This document shows, one piece after another, positions 36,901 to 49,338 of a stretch of 64,000 bases of DNA. The notes under the pieces were generated by a model. That model did not search any database, was not told the origin of the DNA, and was given only the letters and a program-made list of their open reading frames with translations. The number at the start of each line of letters is the position of its first letter. Position 1 is the stretch's first letter. Made by a program: the position numbers and the translations under genes. The DNA is from Antedon mediterranea (lineage: Eukaryota; Animalia; Echinodermata), in contig NC_092670.1 in assembly GCF_964355755.1 (NCBI RefSeq), forward strand, positions 23,174,795-23,238,794. Direction: 5' to 3'.

Positions 36901-39900
36901 GACCAAAAATTGGATTGAAAAAAAAATTTAAAGCAAAAAAGTTTAATTTAACCATTTATTTTGTCATTTTATAAGTAAAAACATTAATCTTCATTTTTCA
37001 TGTTTTTGGGGAACAATACATCTTTAACATTAGGAATTAAAAAATTAATTTATATACCATTATCTTCCATTTGTTGCAGTATCCGAATTGCACACAAATT
37101 CTGTTCAGGAAAATGTGCATAAATTGCCTGGACTGGATTGGTCGCTATAAATTTCCCTTTAGGAAAGACATCAAACAGTACGTTGTACGCAGCAATATCC
37201 TTCTCGACTTTATACGTTTTCATGATCTTGAGGGCAGTATCTATAAACTGGATGTGACCTCGCATTCGAATGTCTCTTTCTTTGAATAGCGTTACTGCTT
37301 CTTCAAACGCCTCTTTATCTAAGGATTCTTTTTCTAAGGATACATCTGAGAAAATCTTTTTAGAAAGCGATACAGCTTTTACAATGTTTTCTTCATGGTA
37401 TTCATACTTCCGGTTCTTAAAATTGATTGAGCTGGTACATATACACCTCATAGGGAGCGTTACTGATACAACCTGCAATGAAACAAATTTATATATATTG
37501 TTTATATTGCCCAAAAATTGTTTTCGCATACCGTGTTTGTGCGATTCAAAATGGCGACCAAAAATGGTTAATATGTATTTACAGTATTGTCAAAGTATTG
37601 CAATACTATATCTAAACCTAAAGTTTATCTCCAAGAGCTCATAAATTTACCTACTTGTGTTAAACCAAATAATTATACTGGGAGACTGGGAGACTGAGAG
37701 TTTGAAATGTTCCATTCATCGCAAATTTGTAAAAAAATATACAGTAATAAATTTATCAAAATAGTATTTTTTTAAAGAAAATCGGACTGTCTTCAACATT
37801 ATGATGCTGTACTCAAGCTGTTGAACAGGTTTCCAGCTATTAAAAACAATTATCGTAGAAAGAGGTAAATTCCAAGCATTCAAGATAGACATCCATTAGA
37901 CAGTGTACACCACGATAGGAAAACACCCTATTTGGGGCAAATTCTTGTTTTCATTTTAATTGTCAAGAATTATTATCTACGTTATGGCTAAAGATTTACT
38001 TGTTTCCCGTACCCTTTCGTCTACGGAATCAAGGCGAAGCACTCAGTGCTTAAAATGCCCTCTTAACGATAAAATCATATTCAATATAAGGTGAAAACTT
38101 CAGAAGGTTGTTGGACCATGTGACGTTAAGTTTTGCTTTGAACGAGTTTACTGTAGCACATGAAACTACATCCATAGGCAGAGCATTCCATAATAATATA
38201 ATAACTCTCCTGTAGAACGTGTCCCTCCTTATATTAAGACGAGAGCTTTTAAACTTGAGTTTATATGAGTGTCCCCGGGTACGAGAGTCTGGATCAAATT
38301 CAAAAAATGTATTGATCGCAAATACAATCGAAACCTTTTACAATCCTAAAAAAATTGGTTAATATCCGCTCTCTGCCTTCAATATCTCATGGTTGGATGA
38401 CCAAGAATTCTCAAACGTTGTTCATAAGGAATGTTACGGTACTCAGGAATCAATCTTGTTGCTATTTGCTGAACCTTCTCTACTAAATCCTGATCTCGCT
38501 TTCTAATAGGATTATATACAGTATTACAATATTCAAGCGTTGGCCTGACAATAGCCTTCTACAGCTTCAAAAATCTATCTTTATTCAGGAATTTAAATGA
38601 TCAATAAACATTCCTAGTTTCTTATTAGCCCTTTTACAAATATCCGCTACATGCAAATTAAAGATTAAACCAGGATCAAAGGTAACACCTAGATCTTTCT
38701 CCTGCTTTACCTCATGTAATAAATTACCAGCCATTGATTACAAGAAATTGGGATTATTACGACCATAATGAAATACCTTACACTTAGTGTCATTAAATGG
38801 CAATTGCCAAACATTAGACCAATGGGAAGTATCATCAGGTACATCGTTAATAAAGATTGAGAATAAAATTGGGCCCATAACACTACCCTGTGGAATTCCA
38901 CTTAAAACTGGAGCCTGTGATGATAATTGACCATTAACACTAACTCGTTGTGTTCTATTCGACAAATAATTTGAGAACCAACCTAGTAGATTTCCCGTAA
39001 TACCAAAACCTTTTCATTTGACTAGAAGCCTTTGGTGTAGCATTTTTATAGTCTAATAAATAGACACAATCAAAGCTATCCAAGTTAGTAGTCCAATTCT
39101 CAAGGACATCAAGTAGTTGTAATGCACATGATCTCTTGTCTGAATCCAAATTGTTTATTGCACAAAAGACCATTACTCTCAAGATACTTCACAAGTTTAT
39201 GTCTAATAATCCTTTCCATCATTTTCCCCATAACCGACGTTAAACTAACCGGCCTGGAGTTAGCCGGGTCCTCCTTTTTGCCTTTTTTAAAGATAGGTAT
39301 TACAGTTGCCTCCTTCTACGATAAGGAACCTTCTGATCATTGAATAATCTAGTGAATATTAGACTGAGAGGGTAATCAATTTGATCCTTTAATTCAATCA
39401 AAACCCGTGGGTGAAAGCCATCAGGGCCAGCTGACTTATCCATAATTAAGTTAGACAACAGCTTATGAATATCTTCTTTATTAATATTAATATTAAACTC
39501 AATACATTACCGTGTCCATACTTCTAAAAACTAAAGGTACTGTTAATCAAATAGGTTACGGCAATAGTTTTTCAGCAAGACAGCTGTGTGGCTTAGTGGG
39601 CTTGTGATAAGGCTATGGCTTAAGGGGTTAGAGGTTCGATTCTCTACTTGACATTTTTTTTAAAATTTTCAATTTAAGAGAAATTATTTAGAGGGTTAGG
39701 TTTTTAAGATTCAGGAATGAGTTTTAATATTTAGGAACGAGTTTTATATTTAGGTACAAGTTTTACTTTTAGGAATGCAATTTCACCATACCTTTTAGCA
39801 AACAGAAGTGCCCTCTATAATTACTGTACCTTTATAGAAGTAACATATTTTTTACCCTTACGTAAATTTATATATAGATAACTGAACCGTTTTTTTCCGT

Positions 39901-40036
39901 TGGTCTAGGCCTCCTCATACACCCCATCATAACTTACCGGCATTACAATACATTTGTTTCTTGGACATAGAAACTGTGAGAACAGCCTATTTGTCTGCTG
40001 GGGTCGTAATAAAACTCTTTGTACAGTTGCTGCCAT
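33876..40036 (-). CDS. ECSIT: ECSIT (mitochondrial complex I assembly / Toll pathway factor), ~407 aa, 5 coding exons
   Basis: Exons 40036-39938, 37472-37058, 36799-36579, 36079-35815 and 34099-33876, with GT-AG junctions and consistent phases. Recognisable ECSIT motifs: RGHIQFIDTALKIMKTYKVEKD, GVMPN, WFPRFKNINPFPLPRD, PVYVEGPFNLWLRD, EGPLFAMC, NPNLGKIPIYF. The Arg-rich, acid-free N-terminus looks like a mitochondrial presequence. Confidence 0.92.
34436..35535. mobile_element. Nested TIR elements in ECSIT intron 4
   Basis: Outer IR CCAGGGAGATGTAAAATAA / TTATTTTACATCTCCCTGG is flanked by direct CTAGA. Inner IR GGCCAATTAAAAAAACATACTTGTTAAGCGTCAC (34464) / GTGACGCTTAACAAGTATATTTTTTTATTTGGCC (to 35506) is flanked by TTA. 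Confidence 0.75.
36116..36440. mobile_element. MITE with AGATGYATTGTCC termini and TTAA-like target (Kolobok-like); partial copies at ~36890-37027 and ~62029-62280
   Basis: TTAA-AGATGCATTGTCC ... GGGACAATACATCT-TA. The internal CCACTTTGAC(T/C)AAAAAT and CATTTATTTTGTCATTTTATAAG blocks are shared with the other copies. Confidence 0.55.
37995..39490 (-). mobile_element. Decayed 5'-truncated CR1/L2-type LINE (reverse transcriptase fragments) in ECSIT intron 1
   Basis: Frameshifted RT motifs: ANSRPVSLTS, QLLDVLENWT, NRTQRVSVNG, SGIPQGSVMGPILFSIFIND, KCKVFHYGRNNP, EKDLGVTFD, TRGHSYKL. The 3' UTR is shared with the copy at ~54485-55070. Confidence 0.85.
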
Positions 40037-41409
40037 GCTAGACGAGTGTTCTATTCTATATCAAAGTTTTAAATCTGAAATGTAAAGAAATATTTTTTTA
40101 TTTACTCCCTTTTTAGACTAATTACTACTAGGCCTAGTATTAGTTATTACAGTATTATTAATATTAGTTTTTAAAATGGGTGAACATACAACTAGGCCTA
40201 ATGCTAGCTAGGCCTACTATTTATCTTTAATACTACAACTAGGCCTAGGCTAGGAAGGGTCTGTGTAGGTATCCTGCCCGGCCCTCCTGCCTGGAAGGCC
40301 TATCCTGCTATAGGCCTAGTAGTAGCAGGCCTAGCCTACCTCTAGGGCCTAGGCCTATGTAGATTATTTAGACCGTTTTGCCTTATAATATTAATTACCT
40401 CAATTAAACAATAATCGGTCAGTCCTAGGTCTAGGAGAGGCCCCAGCTAGCTAGCAGCTAGGCTAGACTACTCAAGCTCATCGCGTGTCTTCTTGTTGTC
40501 TCAGCTCCAAATCTAAAAAATGTGGCTTTAAATAGCGCCACCAACGGTTGCATGCCTAAAAAAGTATGTAAAAAACCGGCCCACAACTGACACAAAATAA
40601 GGCCTAAAATTATATTCCCATGTTGTTCAAAATGTATATTTTACCTCTACCAAGAAGGTATGTAGTCGATCGCTTACATTCTGTTTGTTTATTAGCAGGA
40701 TTACTCAAAACGTTATTATTTACCAAAATAAATATACACAGACAGATATGTCTCCAAATTTTGAAGCAATCCGGACCCGAGGTCCCAATTCCACACAACC
40801 TGTTGTCACATTTTTAAAGAAAATTTTTATTGTTACAGAGCTGTCACTGTGCTCAAGTACAACCAAAATGGGCATAGAAGCGATGTATTAGGCCTACCAC
40901 TGTTCTCAATTACAACTAAAATGGGTATATAGTTACGCACAGTGCTAAACTACACGAAAACATTTTTGTAAATGTAGGCTATTAGTAAATTTATATTTTA
41001 AGTTAAGGGTGCCACAGATTAAAAGCTTTGCTTGCTTGTGGTTATCCTGTTTTTCACACTTTTATTGTAATTTATTTTCTTTTATTTTGTGTGAAAAATA
41101 AAGAATACTCAATCAATCAAAAAAATCCTACTTATTATCATTGTGTTCAAGTACAACCAAAATGGGTATGTTAGCGCATAGTGCTAAACTAGATCTTATT
41201 TATTATCACTGTGCTCAAGTACCACCAAAATGGGTATGGTACCGCACAGTGCTAAACTAGATCTTATTTATTATCACTGTGCTCAAGTACCACCAAAATG
41301 GATATAGTAGCGCATAGTGCTAAACCAAATCCTATTTTTTATCACTGTGCTCAAAGTACAACCAACATTGGTATGGTAGCGCACAATGCTAAACTAAATC
41401 CTATTTATT

Positions 41410-42320
41410 GTTTGAAGGTTTGCATGGCGAAATCAAATGTTGATATAAAGTTTGCGGTACACCACGTGTATTAGTTCTGAAAAGAACTGTTGAGTTTCTC
41501 GACGTTTCGATCAATATACTTTGATCGTCCTCAGGAGTGAGAATGCAGAAAGTCCAGGAGACGCCGACATAAAAGTATTTCATAGTGCAGTCAACAAGTT
41601 GTCACAGTGTCTTCAAACACACAAGGAAAAACCAGCTAAACACAGTCAACCTGGTGTATACTGCATCCCATGTGAATGTGGAAAGGTATACATTGGGGAA
41701 ACTGGACGTGACCTTCAAACCAGGCTCAAAGAACATCAAGGCCATGCCAGAAGAGGAGAGCAAGACAAATCATCAATAGTTATGCATTCTCACAAACAAC
41801 AACACCGAGTTAATTGGAAAGATGCTGAAAATTGCTACCGTTCCTTCTTGGCATTCCAGACGAGCCAGGGAAGCTATTGAAATCTACAAACACAACACTG
41901 TTCATCAAGATATTGGATTTGTTATTAGTAAGATTTGGCTATCTTTATTCAACAAGAATCTTCATCGACAGTAAACAATGCCATAGTTTCTGGCCAGTTT
42001 ACATTTCACAACCCAGTCTGGACACATGGTCTTGTTTGGCCAGTCCACACCCAACTTTGAGACAATGCTATTGTTTTTAGCTTGTGTCACCCTGCTTTTC
42101 ACACCTATCAGAAACAATGTTCTTCTATAGCAAGTTTCCATTCACTATTGTTCTTGAGAAACAATGCTCTGCTATAGCTAGTTTCAATCCCTCCCACTGT
42201 GTGAACTTGCCATTGTTTCTGGCTTTCACACCAGTCCCACCTTTTCCACTTATATTCCAAGTTTCCTGGACTTTCTGCATTCTCACTCCTGAGGACGATC
42301 AAAGTATATTGATCGAAATC
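41410..42320 (+). mobile_element. Penelope-like retroelement 3' fragment (GIY-YIG endonuclease) with inverted pseudo-LTR piece
   Basis: GIY-YIG translation PGVYCIPCECGKVYIGETGRDLQTRLKEH..SSIVMHSHKQQHRVNW, frameshifted. A ~54-bp inverted repeat (41506-41559 / 42264-42318) brackets the fragment. Confidence 0.85.
41496..41543 (-). ncRNA. Minimal type I hammerhead ribozyme of the Penelope pseudo-LTR
   Basis: The minus strand reads TTCTCACTC-CTGAGGA-C-GATCAA-agtata-TTGATC-GAAAC-GTC-GAGAA: CUGAnGA and GAAA cores, a 6-bp helix II, a minimal helix III and a GUC cleavage triplet. The plus-strand copy at ~42281-42318 is truncated after GAAA. Confidence 0.75.
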
Positions 42321-42456
42321 AACATAAATCCTATTTATTATCACTGTGCGCGAGTGCAACCAAAATGGGTATGGTAGTAGCGCACAGTGCTAAACTAAAT
42401 CCTATGTATTATCACTGTGCGCGAGTGCAACCAAAATGAGTAAGGTAGCGCACAAT

Positions 42457-43710
42457 TCAATTCATTTATTTTCCAGAAGACATATAAAACATATAATACA
42501 ATCAAGAATACAAACACAAGAGAACTGACACCAGTCTGGCCGATTGTAGAAAAGTGACTAAGTCACTATGTGAGTACTCTCCTTCTGTTGCAGACAAAAA
42601 AAAACAAGTTACCAGCAAAAGACATTAAATAAGGCAGGGAAAAACTTAGAGGAACCAAAAAGACACAAATCAGTCACTTGAATCGGGAGTGAATCCCACA
42701 ACCTCGGAAAAGAAATAAAAGTAGAGTGGTAAAATGCATTGGTACGAGAACCCATATGCCTAAAAACTAATTTATAATTTCTACGAGAACCTGGTGTGGG
42801 CAACAATGCACCATCAACCAAAAAATCTACGTAGAGACATTTAATTACAAATTTAACTTGAAGAAATTGAAGTCTATGGTATAACCGGGGTAGTTTGAGG
42901 AGGGTAAGTCGGGCTTCGTAAGATGGACGGAGGGAATATATAGTTTGGAAATAGCCTGGAAAACATGATCTAGTGAAACGTCTTTGAATAGATTCGATTT
43001 GGTTGATGGTACATTGTTGATGTGGTAACCACGCGGGAGCTGCATATTCAATGATTGGCCTTACTATTGTGAAAGTTTTAAAAGAACAATGTGGTCACTG
43101 GTCTTAACACAACGTTTAATAAAACCCACAAGTCTGTTACATTTAATAACAGATTGGGATATATGCTGATTCCATTTTAAATCTGAAGTTAAAGTAACTC
43201 CAAGGTATTTATAGTGGGACACAGTTTCGATTTGATTATTAAGGATAAAGTATTGGAAAGAGTTGTGGTTTTTCGAGCGGGTTATTTTCATGACTTTACA
43301 TTTACCAGGATTGAGGGACATACGATTTGTTTCACCCCATTTAATGATAGAGTTGAGGTCAGCCTGTAAAAAGTCACAATCAACTGGGGATTTTATTACT
43401 CAATAAAGAACAGTGTCGTCAGCATATTGTGGCATGTGGGATGAGATCAAGGTAGAAAGATCAGCAATATACATATTAAAAAGAATAGGGCCAAGCACCG
43501 AGCCCTGAGGCACTCCAGATGTAACGTGGACCAAAGAGGAAAGAGTGCCTTTGTAAGAAACAGCTTGTTCACGATTCGACAGGAAAGAATGCAACCAATT
43601 CAGTAAGTTCCCACAAAAGCCATACTTGTGCAATTTATCCAAAAGGATAGGGTGGCTAACTCTGTCAAAAGCCTTTGACCAGTCAAGGAAAATTGCATCG
43701 ATACGGGGTG
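42457..43710 (-). mobile_element. 5'-truncated CR1/L2-type LINE (second family)
   Basis: RT motifs IDAIFLDWSKAFDRVSH, SGVPQGSVLGPILFNMYIAD, YADDT, LNPGKCKVM, YKYLGVTL, with an in-frame stop. AATAAA and (TGAAT)n tail at ~42457-42470. The minisatellite resumes at 43711. Confidence 0.88.
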
Positions 43711-43984
43711 GAATGCTAAACTAAATCATATTTAATCTTATGTAGGAGAATTTGACAGTAGGCAGAGGTATGCACTATCGGAAATGCTTTAATACACTAT
43801 ACGCTCCTCTCTAAATAAGGAAGTATTGTTTTGTCTCTTACTTGCTATCTTATTTACCTTAAACCGCGCAAATAATAAGGAAACGACTATTACGAGGAAG
43901 AAAATGTTCAGATAGGCCTACTTTGATTTTAGAAAACAAAATAAAAACTATATTGCATCATAAAAAAAAAGGAAACCAAATTTA

Positions 43985-45060
43985 AAAACAATTGTCATAT
44001 GAATTCTTGTGGAATGGAACAAAAGAAATAATAAAAAGAAAAACATTAATTGGTAAACCATTAGAAGGAGGCATTGAAATGCCTGATTTCTCACTACAAG
44101 TAAAAGCACTTAAAATTAAATGGGCGAGAAATCTCCTATCGAGAAAACATGTAAGGTGGAAATTGTTGCTTTTGCATTACATCAATAGAATAGGTAATGA
44201 GAATATTTTATTCAGTATGTCATGCATAAATCTCACTAATCAGAAGATCTTTCAAGGTATACCATTATTTTATTTAAAAGTTATTGAGAGCTGCGTCGAT
44301 TTTAACAAGGTTGACGTTGAAACTATCAGTAATTATGAACAGATTGTTGAACAATATTTATAGGGAAATAAGAATATTAAAATAAATAACAAGGCTTTAT
44401 TTTATAAAAATTGGGTTTCTTCAGGGTTTACAAAAGTGAAACACGTTGTTTCCTTTAATCGTTTATTAAACCCAAGTGAAATAAAGAATAATTTGGGTAT
44501 AAAAAGAAATTGGATTAGTGAATACACTACACTTGTTGAGGCAATTCCAAAAATGTGGATAAATGTAAGAAAAACAATAAACAGGTAAATAATATGGTTA
44601 CAAAATGTGACGTAATCGATACAATTTTAGGAACGACCACAAAAGATGCATATTTATACTTCGTCGACAGCATTTTTATTCCTCCTCAATGTATACGTAA
44701 ATGGGAGAATGTCTTTACAATTACAATAAAATGGCCAGAAGTTTGGAAACAAAAAGTATTAAATGAAAAAAAACAAAAAATATGCACAATTTAATTATAA
44801 ATTGTTGAATCGAACTATTCCTACCAATAGTCGATTATATATGTGGAATATTAAGAGTACTAGTAAATGCAATAATTGTGATGCCTTTGACGATGAAAAA
44901 CACATGTTCTTTGAATGTCCAGGTAACAAGAATTTATGGAGAAATATAGATAACATTTTTAAAAATATTGATGGTAGTAAATGCTCTTTTAAAGAGCTCA
45001 TTCTTGGCAGTGGAAATTGTACAAAAAAACAATTATAAACCATAAAATAAAAATATATAA
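43985..45060 (+). mobile_element. Decayed Tx1/L1-clade LINE ORF2 C-terminal fragment
   Basis: FLWNG..IKRKTL....EGGIEMPDF....KALKIKW, FNYKLLNR and the CCHC zf-RVT motif CNNC..DDEKHMFFECP, with stops and frameshifts. Confidence 0.8.
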
Positions 45061-45211
45061 TGAATTAAAAAACCGTTTTGTCAAAATCCATGGGTGGTCT
45101 TTAAATCTAATGTAGTTGATATGACTGCCGTAGGTTTGATTTAAATGTGTTTTATTATATTTATTTTACCATACAATGTAGCATAATTATATTGCATGAA
45201 TTAATTTTAAA

Positions 45212-47758
45212 CTAGATGGCACGCTCGCTTCGCTCGCGTACCATCTAGGGGTGCTCACAGATGGTTCTCGAATACAGTAGAATCCACGGACGGGGACTTT
45301 TTTGGGACACTAAACAAAAACGGAAGTGTCCCCCTAATTGGGGTATTCAGAAATAGAGACAACAAAACCAATACTGGATTCCATAAAGGACAATTAATTT
45401 ATGTGGATTAAAGAAATTAGGGAGAAATGGAAATGTATGTACGGGAATTGGGCGGCGGCACGTGGTGGTGGTGATGGAACCGCAGTAATAAAGTTGATTG
45501 TATTTATATATTATAAGAACCAAACTAAATAAATAGACCTAGACATTCTGCGAAATGGAAATCGGAAATTCAAGCTCCTATTCAGTGAAAAATTAAACTG
45601 TAGTCTACCTAAATATTTAGGGCAAATCATCGGTTGTGGTGTTGAACTTCCTGTAAACATTTGTGTGAACCAAACTGGGTCGAATTTCTGTCATGAGTAC
45701 TGATTTGTTGGCCTGTGATTTATGACGCCTAAGGGATCTATCTAGACTTATTTTTTAGAATAATGTACGTACCTGTCAGATACAATTGTCTTGTGTCGTA
45801 TAATAAATAAGTACTGTAATAGTTACTGAAGTTACTATTACAATCTCGTCAATGAAAACACGAAAATGTATATGCACTTACTTATGAAAACGTATACAGT
45901 ATTATACTCAGTTATTGAAACAGTAGGTTTAAAAAAGTTTCGTTTGTCTGTAAAATGATGTAATCAAGCTGTTTACATGAGTCTTAATTTATAAGCACAT
46001 CAATAATAAAATAGTTTATCTATCCTGTAATTGGCGAGATTATGGTCGCTGTTGAATGAAATAAAGCCAATCGGTATCATATTTGTACAGAAACGTTTTC
46101 GCGGCCGAAGGGTGTAACCTAAATTCGTTGTATTATCGTCAAGAACTAACTGTAACTAAACTTACATAGAAAGTAGGGTATCATAAATTTGGCCTTAGCA
46201 TTCGGGGGAGTGGCTAAGATGAAGTCCGTGGGACTACTAAATATAAATTGTAATGAACCTCGAGGGACATAAATAGGAATATTTTATGTTTCATTATCAA
46301 TGTATAATAAATGGAAACTGTTTACCGATTCAAATAATAGAAATTGGTTTTTTACATTTTGCGAACCTATTGCAAGTTTATTTTCAAAGGGCCCATATAT
46401 TTACCTACCGTATGTGTTAACCCAAGGGCTCATAAATTTACCTACAGTACTTGTGTTAAACCAAACTGGATGTTCCATTCATCGCAAATCAATACATTTG
46501 TATAATCGTATATTAAATCTATCAAAATAGTATTTTTTAAAGAAAATCGGCCTGTCTTCAACATTATGATGGTGTACTCTAGCAATCTATCAAAATAGTA
46601 TTTTTTAAAGAAAATCGGCCTGTCTTCAACATTATGATGGTGTACTCTAGCTGTTCAACCGGTTTTCAGCTATTAAAAACAATTATCGTAGGAGGAGATA
46701 GGAAAATGCGAAGCCTCCTCGCTATGTAACATTAGGGTTGAGGGATGGGAAAGCGGATAGGTACAAAGAGGAACAATTTTTAAATATATTCTTTATCCAC
46801 TGAGTAACGAAATATTTTGTTCATGTTTTATAGGCCTATAAATAATATACCTCTAAATACAGTAGGCCTAAAACATTTGCGATTTAATACTTTGTTAAAA
46901 CTGTCACTGTCATAATCGATTGAAATATTAAAGTACATGTCACGATACACCACTACGACGTTTATATTTTTGGTAATTATTAATTAATACAAACGTTGAG
47001 AAGGAACTGTCAGTATAAAGTTTATTTGTATATCTAACAGTAGAGCCTATCCACAGTCTCAGTAATAAAGTTTATTTGTATATATTTTTATATTACATCT
47101 AACAGTACGAACATTCACAGTAAGAAATGTTCGATTCAAATGAAAAATAGTTAATAGGTATTTACAGTATTGTTAAAGTATTGCAAGTTTATTCTCAAAG
47201 GGCCCATATATTTACCTACCGTATGTGTTAAACCAAGGGCTCATAAATTTACCTACAGTACTTGTGTTAAACCAAACTCTGGCAGACTGAGAGATTGGGA
47301 TGTTCCATTCATCGCAAATCAATACATTTGTATAATCGTATATTAAATCTATCAAAATAGTATTTTTTAAAGAAAATCGGCCTGTCTTCAACATTATGAT
47401 GGTGTACTCTAGCTGTTCAACCGGTTTTCAGCTATTAAAAACAATTATCGTAGGAGGAGATAGAAAAATGCGAAGCCTCCTCGCATTTTTTTGGCGGGTA
47501 TTTTTCAAGATGGACATCCATTAGACAGTGTATACCACGATCGGAAAACACCCCTATTTGGGGCAAATCTTTGAACCTAAATTCGTTTTAATCGTCAATA
47601 ACTAATTATCTAACTCAATTTAATTAGTAAACAGGGTTACATCAGGCGGTTAAAATCAGTACCGAAAGTACGAACCAACTTTACATACCATCGAGTGAAA
47701 ATTCTAGAAGTAAGGCGCGATTTACCGAATTTTGCCCTTACGTAAATTTATATATAGA
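45212..47758 (-). mobile_element. Putative non-autonomous canonical Helitron; related partial copy in ECSIT intron 1 (~37620-39878)
   Basis: Minus-strand 5' end A|TCTATATATAAATTTACGTAAGGG at 47758 (the same motif occurs at 39878). 3' end is the hairpin CTAGATGGCACGC..GCGTACCATCTAG ending CTAG|T at 45212. An internal ~330-bp block recurs at ~46370-46720, ~47180-47480 and ~37640-37940. Pairing of the two ends is inferred. Confidence 0.5.
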
Positions 47759-49174
47759 TACATTCAGTTTATATTACACAACAAAAGAGAAAAAAAAAAG
47801 AAATGTATTTATTAAAAATAAGTATGTAACAAAAATATGAAATAAATGTGAGTGAATCTCAGAAAAGATAAAAAAAAAAAACATAGGCCTGAACAAAAAA
47901 CATAAACACAATTATTGGGGTGTCATGATATTTTCCCACAAATTGTATCCTCTTTTTTGTTTACAAATGACACTTACAAAAGCACATTAGTTAAGAAATA
48001 AAAATGATGCAATATTATAACTAATCGTTTTTTTTTTATTTCAGTAAAAGTTAATAATTTCTACAGTCTCTATGGAAAATGAAAAGCAATGATGTTATTC
48101 TTTTGCATTTCAAAAGAGACATCAATCATTCGTTCGGTATATAAAATTGGTGACGTTTATTGTAACATCAACATATCATCAATTCGTCAAAATTAAATAA
48201 TTTTATAGAAACACTGATTTTCTAAACTTTTTCTTAGGCCTACTAAAGCGTGGTTCCCGCTAGAACGCAACGCAGCGACGTATCGACGCAAAGTGCTGTA
48301 TTGCGTAATCACAAGTGGGAACCGACGACGCAATAGTGCTGCAAAAATCGCAGGTTTGATTTCACGCAGGCGGGTGCAAACACAATTATTGGAAGGGCAT
48401 TTTCTTACGTTGCGTTGGTTGCGTCGCTAGTGGGAACCAAACTTTATTGTGATATGAGTGATCACACGCCTTTAAACTGAACCTTCATAGAATATGAGAA
48501 TATAAATAAGTGCTAGTTTGTTTTTGTATTCTTATGCTTATGGTTTATCCCAATGTTGCGTTATTATTGTGTTTTGAAACAGTGTTTTTATTATGTTGTT
48601 TGACGCAACGCAAGGTTCAACGCAAGTGAGTTGGACAATCCACTGCAGTGAAGGACAGTTTGGATGATCCATCGCGTTGATGATCCGTCATCCTTGCGTC
48701 GTCCAAGAAGTGAGAACCAATGTCAAGCTTTGTCAAACACTATCAAACTAGTTTTGACAAAAAAGTGTGATGTGGTAGTGATATGACATCATCATATCCA
48801 TATATGGGCAAATTTTTTTGTCACATAAAGTTTGATAGATTAGACAGAGTCTAAGAAAGGTTATCTTTTCGATTTATTTAGGTTCATGCTTATTATTACT
48901 TGTTCCAATGGAAGAATGGCCGAATATATATTATGATTGATATTATTATTGAGATATTATAATATCTATGCTATCATCAAAGTATTTTTCATAAACATTA
49001 GTAAGTCCGTGGGACTCAAAATATGGTGGCTGATAACCAAATTTGCTAATAATATCTATACACATCTCATATATTGATAACAGTTGGGAGGCTGTTTTAC
49101 ACGCGTGTATATCATGATGACGATTGATTTGATAATGTAATGATGACGACTTATTGAAAAATCACCGGTGGCAT

Positions 49175-49181
49175 ATAAAAG
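49175..49181 (+). promoter_or_regulatory. Candidate TATA box of the CAP gene
   Basis: TATAAAA ~25-30 nt before CCAGTT (Inr-like), then a short exon ending AAG|GTACGT at ~49225, upstream of the ATG exon. Confidence 0.5.
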
Positions 49182-49338
49182 ATGGCGTAGCGGAACCACC
49201 TCCCAGTTGTTGGTATTGATCAAAGGTACGTAAGTTAGAATACTATACCGTTTATTATTCTGATCCTTTATTCCGATCCTTTATTCCGATCCTTTATTCC
49301 GATCCTTTCTTACCAACATTCTTTATCTCTGTTCATAG

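Larger units (their letters stand above)
40840..42457. repeat. ~63-bp minisatellite, interrupted by retroelements
   Basis: Repeated TTATTATCACTGTGCTCAAGTACMACCAAAATGGGTATGGTAGCGCACAGTGCTAAACTARATC at ~40840-40950, ~41130-41410 and ~42325-42457, with a last fragment at ~43711-43733. Each unit has the internal IR CACTGTGC/GCACAGTG. Confidence 0.85.

Noticed and set aside
39580-39650. tRNA-like A/B boxes (TGGCTTAGTGG..GGTTCGATTC)
   Set aside because: No cloverleaf can be formed. It is probably a degenerate SINE or tRNA-derived piece within a small IR-bounded repeat (~39533-39832).
45502-45518. Alternative Helitron 5' end (TCTTATAATATATAAA on the minus strand), giving a ~300-bp element
   Set aside because: It is preceded by T rather than the expected A. 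The end at 47758 fits A|TC and recurs at 39878, though this shorter alternative cannot be fully excluded.
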